Below, in pieces: positions 36,410-44,972 of a stretch of DNA of 54,453 nucleotides. Position 1 is the stretch's first letter; every line of letters starts with the position of its first letter. A program made the translations under genes and the position numbers. The notes beneath the pieces were generated by a model. That model had not been told where the DNA came from and did no database searches. It saw nothing but the letters and a program-made list of their open reading frames with translations. Source of the DNA: Patescibacteria group bacterium. Its GTDB lineage: Bacteria; Patescibacteriota; Patescibacteriia; XYB2-FULL-38-15. The DNA lies in contig JBAZJZ010000004.1 in assembly GCA_041650995.1 (NCBI GenBank), positions 1-54,453 of the forward strand, read 5' to 3'.

Positions 36410-37054
36410 ATGAAAAAATCTATCAAAAATTTATTTTTCTTTTCTCTGGCGGTATCTTTCTTTTTGACAAGTTTTTTTCCTTTGTCAGTGCTTGCCTTCA
36501 CGACTTGCAGCACAGACGCGGACTGTGGCGGAGAAGCTGGCTCTTGCGCCACTTATGGCATAATTGTCTCCTGTTTTGATTCAAGCGGAAACGAAGCACC
36601 CAGCTTCATCGGAAATTGCCGTTTAGTTGCCTGCCCTTCTGGGTACACCTGCCAAACTCGCCCGGCAGGTAATTATTGTTCTTCGCCCACCCCCACCATG
36701 GCCGCCACAACGTGTCCAGAAGGTCAAGAATTTAGAGATGGCCGATGCCAAATTATTACTGGAACCGATGGCGCGCCGGAAAAAGTTGAATTGGAAAATC
36801 CTCTTGGCGGCGGAACGGGAATAACTTCTGTCCCGCGCCTTATCGGCAACATTATCAAAACTATTTTGATGGTTGTCGGCGCTTTGGCGCTTGCGATGTT
36901 TGTTTATGGCGGCTTTACTTGGATGACCTCTGGCGGCAGTTCGGAAAAAATACAAAAAGGAAAAAATATTTTAATATGGGCAGTGATTGGGCTTGTAGTA
37001 ATTTTTTCTAGCTATACTTTAGTAGATTTTTTATTAACAGCCTTTGGATTATAA
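36410..37054 (+). CDS. TrbC/VirB2-like protein, paralog 3, with a Cys-rich head
   Basis: The ATG is at 36410 (MKKSIKNLFFF). The head has 12 Cys. The module reads LIGNIIKTILMVVGALALAMFVYGGFTWMTSGGSSEKIQKGKNILIWAVIGLVVIFSSYTLVDFLLTAFGL. Confidence 0.75.
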   Translation: MKKSIKNLFFFSLAVSFFLTSFFPLSVLAFTTCSTDADCGGEAGSCATYGIIVSCFDSSGNEAPSFIGNCRLVACPSGYTCQTRPAGNYCSSPTPTMAATTCPEGQEFRDGRCQIITGTDGAPEKVELENPLGGGTGITSVPRLIGNIIKTILMVVGALALAMFVYGGFTWMTSGGSSEKIQKGKNILIWAVIGLVVIFSSYTLVDFLLTAFGL

Positions 37055-37056
37055 AA

Positions 37057-37728
37057 ATGTTTTTACCGCAAAAAATTTTTATCTTCAAAACCTGGACTAT
37101 TTTTTCTATTTTTTTCCTTTTTCTCCTACTACCACTTTCCTTAGTCGAAGCGGCCGAAGAATGCCGTTGCTACCTCACCTCGCCATACTTCCATGATGAT
37201 CGTGACAGATGTTTAACCGACTGCGCTATAACTTGCCGCGATCTCGGCCCGGAATGGGCCAGAGAAGCAGGCGTTGAAGGGGCATCGGCCATCCAATTTT
37301 TGCCTACATGCGAATCTTTTGATAGGCAGTGGCAATGCCAATGTTTTATCCGCCAACCAGGTATAGAAATATCTGCTTGCGAAGATTATTGTGAATCAAT
37401 GGGATTGACATACCTTACTAAGGAAGAAGAAACCGAGATACCGCCCACCGAAGAAGAGCTTTTCCCGACTTATAAAATAAAGTCTCCCATTGGCGAGGTA
37501 ACCGGACCAGAGCTTATTGGCAGAATCATTAAAACAATTCTTGGTGTTGTTGGCGCCCTGGCGCTCGCGATGTTTGTTTTTGGCGGATTTACTTGGTTGA
37601 CCTCGGGCGGAAGCCCTGATAAAATAAAGAAAGGCAAAGATATTTTAATGTGGGCAGTAATTGGTCTTATTATAATTTTTACAAGTTACACATTGGTTGA
37701 TTTTATCCTTACAGCATTTGGATTATAA
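37057..37728 (+). CDS. TrbC/VirB2-like protein, paralog 4, with a Cys-rich head
   Basis: The head has 12 Cys and is unrelated in sequence to the paralog 3 head. The module reads LIGRIIKTILGVVGALALAMFVFGGFTWLTSGGSPDKIKKGKDILMWAVIGLIIIFTSYTLVDFILTAFGL. Confidence 0.75.
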   Translation: MFLPQKIFIFKTWTIFSIFFLFLLLPLSLVEAAEECRCYLTSPYFHDDRDRCLTDCAITCRDLGPEWAREAGVEGASAIQFLPTCESFDRQWQCQCFIRQPGIEISACEDYCESMGLTYLTKEEETEIPPTEEELFPTYKIKSPIGEVTGPELIGRIIKTILGVVGALALAMFVFGGFTWLTSGGSPDKIKKGKDILMWAVIGLIIIFTSYTLVDFILTAFGL

Positions 37729-37773
37729 TCTTCTACAAAATATTTGTAGAAAACCTGAAAGGGGGTGAAGAAA

Positions 37774-38142
37774 ATGTTAAAAAAAGTATTTTTCTGCTTA
37801 ACCATCCTGAGTCTTTTGACTCCAGTTTTGGTCTCCGCGCAAACCAATGATATCTTGGGCCTGAATATCATTAACAACGCGAATATCGGCTTGCAAGCTT
37901 CAGATCCGAGAGCTGTTGCCGCGAGAATCATTAACGTGGCATTGGGCTTCTTGGGCATCATTGCCGTGGTCATTGTTCTTTACGGCGGCTTTATGTGGAT
38001 GACGGCGGCTGGCAACGAGGAAAGAATTTCCAAAGCGAAACAAATCCTCACTGCCGGTATTATCGGCTTGGTCATTATTGTAATGGCCTGGGCAATCGCT
38101 TCGTATGTTGTCAGAACTTTGATGAACGTTACAAATACCTAA
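37774..38142 (+). CDS. TrbC/VirB2-like protein, paralog 5 (short head)
   Basis: The ATG at 37774 follows the SD AAGGGGG. The module reads ARIINVALGFLGIIAVVIVLYGGFMWMTAAGNEERISKAKQILTAGIIGLVIIVMAWAIASYV. Confidence 0.75.
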   Translation: MLKKVFFCLTILSLLTPVLVSAQTNDILGLNIINNANIGLQASDPRAVAARIINVALGFLGIIAVVIVLYGGFMWMTAAGNEERISKAKQILTAGIIGLVIIVMAWAIASYVVRTLMNVTNT

Positions 38143-38151
38143 TTTAGAAAG

Positions 38152-38175
38152 TGGGGTGGGGTTTTCCCCACCCCA
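38152..38175 (+). terminator. Strong GC-rich hairpin inside the pilin-like array (internal terminator or processing site)
   Basis: A 10-bp stem TGGGGTGGGG/CCCCACCCCA with a TTTT loop. The 3' tail is T-poor (TTCTCG). Confidence 0.45.
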
Positions 38176-38196
38176 TTCTCGATTATCCCGAAGTTT

Positions 38197-38619
38197 ATGT
38201 TTTTAAAAATAGGAAAAGTAAAAATTTTTAAATTTATCTGTGTCGCGGCAGTTCTTTTTACGATTTTTAGCGCGAATCTTGCTCTCGCCCAGCCGGCTGA
38301 CGGAGAAGACGCTGGAGACACAAGCGGCGTTCGTTCCGGACTTGGCGAGGCGGCCGAAGTTGCTGGCATTCCCCAAGAAGGAGAGAGTTCAATTCCCGCG
38401 CGCATTGGCAGCATTATTTCTTACGCCTTGGGTTTTGTCGGAGTTGTCTTTTTAATTTTAATGATCGCCGGCGGCTTGATGTGGATGACAGCGGCGGGCA
38501 ACGATGAACGAGTTAACAAGGCAAAAAGCTTAATAACGAACGCCGTGATTGGCATGGTAATTGTTTTTTCCGCTTACGCCATTACTTATTTTGTCACGGA
38601 AACTTTACTCGGCGACTAA
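38197..38619 (+). CDS. TrbC/VirB2-like protein, paralog 6
   Basis: The module reads RIGSIISYALGFVGVVFLILMIAGGLMWMTAAGNDERVNKAKSLITNAVIGMVIVFSAYAITYFV. Confidence 0.75.
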   Translation: MFLKIGKVKIFKFICVAAVLFTIFSANLALAQPADGEDAGDTSGVRSGLGEAAEVAGIPQEGESSIPARIGSIISYALGFVGVVFLILMIAGGLMWMTAAGNDERVNKAKSLITNAVIGMVIVFSAYAITYFVTETLLGD

Positions 38620-38697
38620 TAAAGGGTATTCACCCTGTACTTGCTTGCTCGTTCGAAAATTAAAATTTAATTTTCATTTAACTCCCCCACTGCGCGA

Positions 38698-39189
38698 ATG
38701 AAAAAATATCAAAAAATTTTAATTGTCTCTGTTCTGCTGCTCGTCGGATTTTTTATTTTTTATCAAGCAACTTCAGCGGCAGTTTTCGGCGGCCTTGAAA
38801 GCGCGCGGAAGTCAGCCGGGTTTTCCGAAGAAACAAGTCTGGAAGCGAGAATCGGATCAATTATTTCCATTGTTTTAGGCTTTGTCGGGGTAATTTTTTT
38901 AGGGCTTACTCTTTATGGCGGATTTATTTGGATGGTGGCGCGTGGCAATGAGCAGGAAATTGAAAAAGCAAAAAAACTTATTGAAGCGGCTGTTATTGGT
39001 TTAGCGATTGTCTTTGCCGCTTACGCCATTACTTATTTTGTAACTTCCCGTTTGTTGCCGACCGAGGGCGGCGGCGAAGTAACCTGCGCGGAAACGGAAA
39101 CCCCCTGCTCTTGTCCGGGAGGAACATTTTGTATGGATCCCACTGTTTGGAGCGGCTGTGACGCTTTTTGTGCCGGCGAAGAACCGTAA
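38698..39189 (+). CDS. TrbC/VirB2-like protein, paralog 7, with a C-terminal Cys-rich tail
   Basis: The module reads RIGSIISIVLGFVGVIFLGLTLYGGFIWMVARGNEQEIEKAKKLIEAAVIGLAIVFAAYAITYFV. It is followed by EVTCAETETPCSCPGGTFCMDPTVWSGCDAFCAGEEP. Confidence 0.75.
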   Translation: MKKYQKILIVSVLLLVGFFIFYQATSAAVFGGLESARKSAGFSEETSLEARIGSIISIVLGFVGVIFLGLTLYGGFIWMVARGNEQEIEKAKKLIEAAVIGLAIVFAAYAITYFVTSRLLPTEGGGEVTCAETETPCSCPGGTFCMDPTVWSGCDAFCAGEEP

Positions 39190-39206
39190 ATTATTAAATT
39201 ATAAAT

Positions 39207-39620
39207 ATGTTTAAATTCCAAAAAATCTTTTTAATCTGTTGCGTTATTTTTGCGTTGGCCTCTCTTTTAACTCCTCTTTTTTCCCAAGCCGCGCCTTCTG
39301 ATGCTCTAGAAAAATTAAAATCAGTCGGCGGTGAAGCTTACGGAGTCGGCGCCGAAGAACCACGGAGCCTCCCCGAAATTATCGGAGGAATTATTCAAAC
39401 CGCCCTTAGTATTTTGGGGATAGTCGCCGCGCTTCTAATTATCTACGCGGGCTATATTTGGATGACGGCCCGCGGCAAAGAAGAGCGTGTTACAAAAGCA
39501 AAAGAAACTTTGGAAGCGGCAATTATCGGTTTAATTATTATTATGGCTGCTTATGCCATTACTTATTTTGTCGTGGACCGCTTGATGCAAGCTTCAAGCA
39601 CTCCAACCGTAGCGCCTTAA
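39207..39620 (+). CDS. TrbC/VirB2-like protein, paralog 8
   Basis: The module reads IIGGIIQTALSILGIVAALLIIYAGYIWMTARGKEERVTKAKETLEAAIIGLIIIMAAYAITYFV. Confidence 0.75.
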   Translation: MFKFQKIFLICCVIFALASLLTPLFSQAAPSDALEKLKSVGGEAYGVGAEEPRSLPEIIGGIIQTALSILGIVAALLIIYAGYIWMTARGKEERVTKAKETLEAAIIGLIIIMAAYAITYFVVDRLMQASSTPTVAP

Positions 39621-39631
39621 TTTAAAAAAAT

Positions 39632-40036
39632 ATGAAAATTATTTCTAAAAAATTATTTGTCTCAACTGTCCTTGCTTCAATTCTCATTCTTTCTGCTCTG
39701 CCTGTTTTTGCTCAAGTGGAAGAACTACAAAATTTTGGCAAGGCAGCTTATGGCGAAGCTCAGGCTCAGTATGCCGAAGAACAGGGGCCACTCATCATTG
39801 CCGGTAAAATCATAAATATCGCTCTTGGAGCAATAGGCACAATCGTGGTAATTCTCTTTATTTTTAGTGGATTTCTCTGGATGACGGCGGCGGGCAACGA
39901 AGAAAAAATTACTAAAGCCAAAAGAATTCTTACCAATGCGATCATTGGAACCGTGATTGTCGTGATGGCCTATGCCATTTCCTACTTTGTTATTAATCAA
40001 TTACTCCGAGCCTCTGGCGCGCCAGTTACTCCGTAA
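39632..40036 (+). CDS. TrbC/VirB2-like protein, paralog 9
   Basis: The module reads IAGKIINIALGAIGTIVVILFIFSGFLWMTAAGNEEKITKAKRILTNAIIGTVIVVMAYAISYFV. Confidence 0.75.
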   Translation: MKIISKKLFVSTVLASILILSALPVFAQVEELQNFGKAAYGEAQAQYAEEQGPLIIAGKIINIALGAIGTIVVILFIFSGFLWMTAAGNEEKITKAKRILTNAIIGTVIVVMAYAISYFVINQLLRASGAPVTP

Positions 40037-40051
40037 ATTGCAAATTATAAA

Positions 40052-40082
40052 ATCCCCCGCGAGATAGTCGGGGGATTTTTTT
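40052..40082 (+). terminator. Terminator closing the pilin-like array
   Basis: An 8-bp stem ATCCCCCG/CGGGGGAT followed by T7. Confidence 0.85.
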
Positions 40083-40084
40083 AT

Positions 40085-40120
40085 TAAAAAAGAGGCGCCC
40101 CAGTTTGCACTGAAGCGCCT
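40085..40120 (-). terminator. Putative terminator of the GC-rich two-gene operon
   Basis: On the minus strand the stem AGGCGC/GCGCCT with a 16-nt loop is followed by CTTTTTT. Confidence 0.45.
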
Positions 40121-40144
40121 TACCCCCTGAATCGGCCGACCCGT

Positions 40145-40678
40145 TTAGAACGGGCTGCCGATATTCACCTCCTGGCTCTCCCATCCGACACAGAACTGGC
40201 GTTCCCGGTCGGAACGAATCACCGGCCGTTCGAAGTTCGGGGCGAGGTACGCCTCGAACTCGAAGTGGTGTGTCTCGCAGCCAGACCGGAGGTTGGTCTC
40301 GGCGAGCGGAGCGTAGAACTGCCCCTCAACGCGCGGCGGGAGGAGTGGCAGTCCCGCGTAGAGGTCGGAAAAGGACAAATCCACTCCGTCCATCCTGACG
40401 CGAACGTACCAGTCCGTGTTGTTGACGACACGGACGAGGTGGGCGTCACGCCACTGGTTCGGGTACCCGTGGCCCTCAACGAAGGCCAGACCCTCCGGCG
40501 GAGGCGGGGGAATGAAGTATCCGCCGCCGTAGCCGCCACCGTAGCCCATGGCTCCTCCCATCGAAGTGCCGTAGGCTGCCGGCGGAACGTAGCCCGAGAA
40601 CCCCGGGGCGTAGCCGCCCCAGATGCCGCAGCCGACCGGCAGGATCGCGAAGAGAACCGCGAACACGTACTTCGTCAT
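40145..40678 (-). CDS. High-GC putative lipoprotein with a Gly/Tyr-rich segment
   Basis: 177-aa ORF with a signal peptide ending in the lipobox LPVGC. A GYGGGYGGGY/Pro-rich stretch follows, then a ~110-aa domain. Its start overlaps the upstream stop (ATGA). Confidence 0.7.
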   Translation of the reverse strand: MTKYVFAVLFAILPVGCGIWGGYAPGFSGYVPPAAYGTSMGGAMGYGGGYGGGYFIPPPPPEGLAFVEGHGYPNQWRDAHLVRVVNNTDWYVRVRMDGVDLSFSDLYAGLPLLPPRVEGQFYAPLAETNLRSGCETHHFEFEAYLAPNFERPVIRSDRERQFCVGWESQEVNIGSPF

Positions 40679-41073
40679 GGCTGCCTCCCCTCGAGGGCGT
40701 CCAAACGCCTCTCGAAATCAGTTGCCTGGTCTTCGAGTCCACGCGCTCGCTCTTCGAGAGCTGGCGTTGATACCGGGCGACCATAGGCCGGGTAGTAGTA
40801 GGACGGATCCACCCGTCCGTAACTCCCGTACCCGTAATAGCCGCTGTAGCCGCGCCAGCCCATGAAAAACTCGGGGTGAGCTTCGAGCGCACGACCTTCG
40901 GCCCGAACGCGATCAGCTTGAGCTGACATGAGATCGGCCGAAGCCGCCTCCATGGGACCCGGCCCCATGAAACCGCTGGCGGAGTACTCGAGCCCGCCAC
41001 TTCGAAGTCCCGTATGGGACGTGAAGCAGCCAGACATCAGGAACGCCACGAACGTCACGAGAGCAACCCTCAT
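40675..41073 (-). CDS. High-GC putative lipoprotein with a Tyr/Gly-rich segment and a C-terminal coiled coil
   Basis: The ATG at 41073 lies 6 nt after GGGAGG (a GTG at 41076 is also possible). The signal peptide MRVALVTFVAFLMSGC has a lipobox. It also has a GYSGYYGYGSYG..YYYPAYG segment and a heptad-like LEERARGLEDQATDFERRLDALEG. Confidence 0.7.
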   Translation of the reverse strand: MRVALVTFVAFLMSGCFTSHTGLRSGGLEYSASGFMGPGPMEAASADLMSAQADRVRAEGRALEAHPEFFMGWRGYSGYYGYGSYGRVDPSYYYPAYGRPVSTPALEERARGLEDQATDFERRLDALEGRQP

Positions 41074-41155
41074 CACGCACCTCCCTGGGGCCCAAAGCCC
41101 CTTGTTTTAGCGAAAAAATGAACTTCCGTACCCCCATTCAGAGGCAGGACATTTT

Positions 41156-41184
41156 ACTTTAGCATAAAAAACTATTTTCGTCAA
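41156..41184 (-). promoter_or_regulatory. Sigma70-type promoter of the GC-rich operon, located in AT-rich DNA
   Basis: The minus strand reads TTGACG, a 17-nt spacer, then TAAAGT, about 80 nt upstream of the start codon. Confidence 0.55.
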
Positions 41185-41293
41185 GAGCTTGAAAAACTTT
41201 ATAATTAGCCAAAATTTTAACTTTCGCTAAGTTATTTTTTCACTTTTCCACAACTTTTTGTGGATAAGCTGTTTATAACCACCTTAAAAATAC

Positions 41294-41322
41294 TTGACAA
41301 GCCTAAAATACCCTGCTAAATT
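41294..41322 (+). promoter_or_regulatory. Sigma70-type promoter ~270 nt upstream of rpoB
   Basis: TTGACA, a 17-nt spacer, then TAAATT. Confidence 0.55.
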
Positions 41323-41503
41323 AAAGGTAATAACAAAAGTCCCCTACTTTACTTGTTGTAAAATTACGCAAGGAACACCCAGGCGAATCGTCCTGGAAGT
41401 TCAAAAAAAGTGAGGGATAATCCTGCCAAATCCGCCTTAAGAATGCGGAGCAAAATATTAAATGCATACAAGGCAGTGGAAAAAATTTGATTTATCCTCT
41501 TAA

Positions 41504-41545
41504 AGCTCACCCAAAAAGAGGAGGGAGCTCTTTTTGTGTTTTTTT
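41504..41545 (+). terminator. Terminator-like hairpin in the rpoB leader (possible attenuator)
   Basis: Stem AGCTC(A)CCC/GGGAGCT followed by CTTTTTGTGTTTTTTT, ending ~50 nt before the rpoB ATG. An alternative pairing, TCCTCTT (41495-41501) with AAGAGGA (41516-41522), would compete with it. Confidence 0.5.
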
Positions 41546-41592
41546 GTCAAATATTAAAAATTATTAAAAATATTTAAAATAATTTTATAAAT

Positions 41593-44500
41593 ATGCCAAC
41601 CGAAGTTGCCCCGCGAAAATTTTTTACCAAACTAAGAGAGGTTATTCCTCTGCCCGATTTGATTGAATTGCAAAAAAAATCTTACGAATGGTTTTTTAAA
41701 AAAGGTCTGGCCGAACTTTTTGAAGAAATTTCTCCCATCCGGGACATCATGGGCCGGGATCTTGAACTTTATTTTACCGATTACTATCTTGATGAACCAA
41801 AATTCGACGAGATTACGAGCAAAGCAAAAAATGTAAATTTTGAAGCGCCTCTTCGCGTAAAAGTGAGATTGACCAACAAAAAAACAGGAGAACTCAAAGA
41901 ACAAGAAATATACCTCGGCGACATGCCTCTGATGACCGACCGGGGAACTTTTATCGTGAACGGCATTGAACGCGCGGTTGTTTCTCAACTCGTCCGTTCG
42001 GCCGGTGTTTTTTTTACTTCGGAGGTACATCACGGCAAAAAATTCTATGGCGCGAAAATTATTCCGAACCGCGGCGCATGGCTTGAAATTGAAACAGACC
42101 AATCCGGAGTTATTTGGGTAAAAATTGACCGTAAAAGAAAAGTTGCCGTCACCTCCCTCCTCCGCGCCTTTGGTTATGGAATTGACGAGGAAATTATTTC
42201 TCTTTTCAAGGACGTTGATACCGATAAAGAAATGAGTTTTATCAAAAATACCTTGGAAAAAGACATTGCCCATTCGGAAGACGAAGGCTTAAAAGAAGTT
42301 TATAAAAGAATTCGCCCGGGAGACCTTGCTACCGTAGATAATGCTCGCTCTTTAATTTACGCCATGTTTTTCCGTTTTGACCGCTATGATTTTAGCATGG
42401 TCGGCCGTTATAAATTTAATCAACGTTTCGGCGTCCAGGGTGAAGTGGAAGACACAAAAGAAAATCGAATTTTCCACCGCGAAGACTTGGTAACTATTAT
42501 TAAAGAAATCATTAGATTAAATATCACCCAAGAACCGGCCGATGATATTGACCACTTGGGCAATCGCCGCATCAGGGCGGTCGGCGAATTAGTGCAAAAC
42601 AGATTCCGTATTGGTTTAGCCAGAATGGAACGTATTGTAAAAGACAGAATGAGCACGATTGACATTACCGCGCTTACTCCAAACAAACTGACAAACGCCA
42701 AACCGGTTATCGGCGCAGTCAAGGAATTTTTTATGTCCTCCCAGTTGTCCCAGTTTATGGATCAAACAAATCCCTTGGCCGAACTGGAGCACAAACGCCG
42801 CCTTTCATCCATGGGTCCGGGCGGTCTTTCCCGCGAGCGAGCTGGGTTTGAAGTGCGCGATGTCCATCCAACCCACTACAGCCGCATCTGTCCAATCGCT
42901 ACTCCGGAAGGTCCGAATATTGGTTTGGTCGGTCACCTTTCTTCTTACGCGCGCGTAAACGAATATGGATTTATTGAAGCGCCTTACCGCAAAGTGATTC
43001 GCGAAGTGCCAAACGACGGAAAATCCGCAATTGGAGAAATTTTACGGGAAGAAGTTGCGGGAGAAAAAGCTGAAACAAAAATTACCAAAGAAATTGCCGC
43101 GAAACTAGCCAAGGATAAAAATTTAAAAACTATCCAAGTTAAGCCTCGCGCGACAGACGAAGTAGTTTATTTAAACGCTTTCACTGAAGAAAAAGCTGTC
43201 ACTACTCCGGCGACGACTCCGATTGACGAGAATGGTTATTTTTTAACTGAAAAAGCAGGCGTCAGAAAATACGGTAAACCTAGCATTGAATATGCCTGGA
43301 ATATTGATTACATGGATGTTTCACCAAAACAAATTGTAAGTGTTGGCACTGCCTTAATTCCATTTTTGGAACATGATGACGCTATCCGCGCCTTGATGGG
43401 AACAAACATGCAACGGCAGGCAGTGCCAGTCATCAATCCCCAGGCGCCAATTGTTGGCACTGGTATTGAAGCTCGCGCCGCGAGAGATTCTGGCCACGTA
43501 AAAATTGCCGAGGAAGACGGAAGAGTCGTGGAAGTGGAAGGAGATAAAATTCATGTTTTAGAAAAAAATGATAAATTTAAAATTTATCGCTTAAACAAAT
43601 TTGCTCGCTCCAACGCGTCCACTTGCATTAATCAACGACCGATCGTGGACAAGGATCAAAAAATAAAAAGGGGTGACGCCCTAGCCGACGGTCCGGCGAC
43701 AGACGGCGGCGAACTTGCTCTCGGACAAAATATGCTTGTGGCTTTCATGGCCTGGGAAGGATACAACTACGAAGATGCCGTAATTATTTCAGAAAAAGTC
43801 GTCCGCGATGACCGCTTCACTTCAATCCATATTGAAAATTATCAAATTGACGTTCGCGATACAAAACTCGGACCAGAACTTGTAACCAACGACATCCCAA
43901 ACGTCAGCGAAGAAAAACTTAAAAATCTTGATGAAAATGGCATCATTAGAATCGGCGCCAAAGTTTCTTCTGGCGATATTTTAGTTGGTAAAATTACTCC
44001 TAAAGGAGAAACCGAACTTTCCGCGGAAGAAAAACTACTCCGCGCCATTTTTGGAGAAAAAGCCCGCGACGTTCGCGACACTTCTCTCTATCTTGAACAC
44101 GGTGAACACGGAAAAGTAGTTGACATTAAAATTTTCTCCCAGGAAACCGGCGACAAATTGCCGCCTGGCGTTATCAAATCAATCCAGGTTTCCGTGGCCG
44201 ACATGAGAAAACTTCAGGTCGGCGATAAATTGGCCGGCCGCCACGGCAACAAAGGTGTCGTTTCAAAAATCGTTCCTATTGAAGATATGCCTTTCCTGCC
44301 AAACGGCGTACCGATTGATGTCATTCTCTCCCCGCTCGGCGTTGTCTCTCGTATGAATATCGGGCAAATTTTGGAAACTCACCTTGGAATTGCCGCGAAA
44401 ACTTTGGGATACAAAACCGTGACGCCGATTTTAGACGGCATCCCGGAAACAATCATTAAGGAAGAATTGGTAAAAGCCGGCTTCCCGGAAAATGGAAAAA

Positions 44501-44949
44501 TTACGCTTTACAATGGCAAGACTGGTGATCCATTTGATAAAAAAACAACTGTTGGTCAAATTTATATGTTGAAACTGAACCACATGGTGGAAGATAAAAT
44601 TCATCAACGCTCCATTGGTCCATACTCGCTTATAACCCAGCAGCCGCTCGGCGGTAAGGCGCAATTCGGCGGCCAACGTTTTGGTGAAATGGAAGTCTGG
44701 GCGCTAGAAGGTTATGGCGCGGCTCACACATTGCAAGAAATTCTGACCATCAAATCCGATGATGTTCCAGGTCGCTCCAAAGCGTACGAATCAATTGTTA
44801 AAGGTGAAGCGATTAAAAATCTTAACATTCCTGAATCGTTCAATGTTTTGGTTCGCGAATTAAAGGGCCTCTGTCTTGATGTAGAACTACTGAAGAAAAA
44901 AAATGGTGGTGAAGAGATGTCTCCCGTTACCAATGAAGAAAAAAAATAA
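41593..44949 (+). CDS. rpoB: DNA-directed RNA polymerase subunit beta
   Basis: 1118-aa ORF with conserved blocks [69 protein letters not shown] and [16 protein letters not shown]. Confidence 0.98.
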   Translation: MPTEVAPRKFFTKLREVIPLPDLIELQKKSYEWFFKKGLAELFEEISPIRDIMGRDLELYFTDYYLDEPKFDEITSKAKNVNFEAPLRVKVRLTNKKTGELKEQEIYLGDMPLMTDRGTFIVNGIERAVVSQLVRSAGVFFTSEVHHGKKFYGAKIIPNRGAWLEIETDQSGVIWVKIDRKRKVAVTSLLRAFGYGIDEEIISLFKDVDTDKEMSFIKNTLEKDIAHSEDEGLKEVYKRIRPGDLATVDNARSLIYAMFFRFDRYDFSMVGRYKFNQRFGVQGEVEDTKENRIFHREDLVTIIKEIIRLNITQEPADDIDHLGNRRIRAVGELVQNRFRIGLARMERIVKDRMSTIDITALTPNKLTNAKPVIGAVKEFFMSSQLSQFMDQTNPLAELEHKRRLSSMGPGGLSRERAGFEVRDVHPTHYSRICPIATPEGPNIGLVGHLSSYARVNEYGFIEAPYRKVIREVPNDGKSAIGEILREEVAGEKAETKITKEIAAKLAKDKNLKTIQVKPRATDEVVYLNAFTEEKAVTTPATTPIDENGYFLTEKAGVRKYGKPSIEYAWNIDYMDVSPKQIVSVGTALIPFLEHDDAIRALMGTNMQRQAVPVINPQAPIVGTGIEARAARDSGHVKIAEEDGRVVEVEGDKIHVLEKNDKFKIYRLNKFARSNASTCINQRPIVDKDQKIKRGDALADGPATDGGELALGQNMLVAFMAWEGYNYEDAVIISEKVVRDDRFTSIHIENYQIDVRDTKLGPELVTNDIPNVSEEKLKNLDENGIIRIGAKVSSGDILVGKITPKGETELSAEEKLLRAIFGEKARDVRDTSLYLEHGEHGKVVDIKIFSQETGDKLPPGVIKSIQVSVADMRKLQVGDKLAGRHGNKGVVSKIVPIEDMPFLPNGVPIDVILSPLGVVSRMNIGQILETHLGIAAKTLGYKTVTPILDGIPETIIKEELVKAGFPENGKITLYNGKTGDPFDKKTTVGQIYMLKLNHMVEDKIHQRSIGPYSLITQQPLGGKAQFGGQRFGEMEVWALEGYGAAHTLQEILTIKSDDVPGRSKAYESIVKGEAIKNLNIPESFNVLVRELKGLCLDVELLKKKNGGEEMSPVTNEEKK

Positions 44950-44972
44950 TTTTATAACTTTTCTCATTTGAT

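Noticed and set aside
40219-41137. ORFs 40219..40539, 40265..40786, 40476..41000, 40623..40865, 40913..41137 and 40928..41110
   Set aside because: These are overlapping shadow frames in GC island C. The two chosen frames have lipobox signal peptides, an SD and an ATGA coupling.
5665-41184. Contig chimerism or contamination as the explanation for the three high-GC segments
   Set aside because: This is not excluded without reads, but it is disfavoured. Each segment is gene-precise and sits between intact host terminators and promoters. Each carries AT-rich host-type promoter, SD and terminator signals. Two segments share a 24-nt identity with each other.
41632-42273. 213-aa ORF antisense to rpoB, with similar antisense ORFs in rpoC (47882..48274), the LPXTG gene (12479..12895), the LTD gene (7443..7868, 8692..9075) and the FecR-like gene (5149..5544)
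   Set aside because: They lie antisense within well-supported conserved genes. They have no independent signals and are compositional artefacts.
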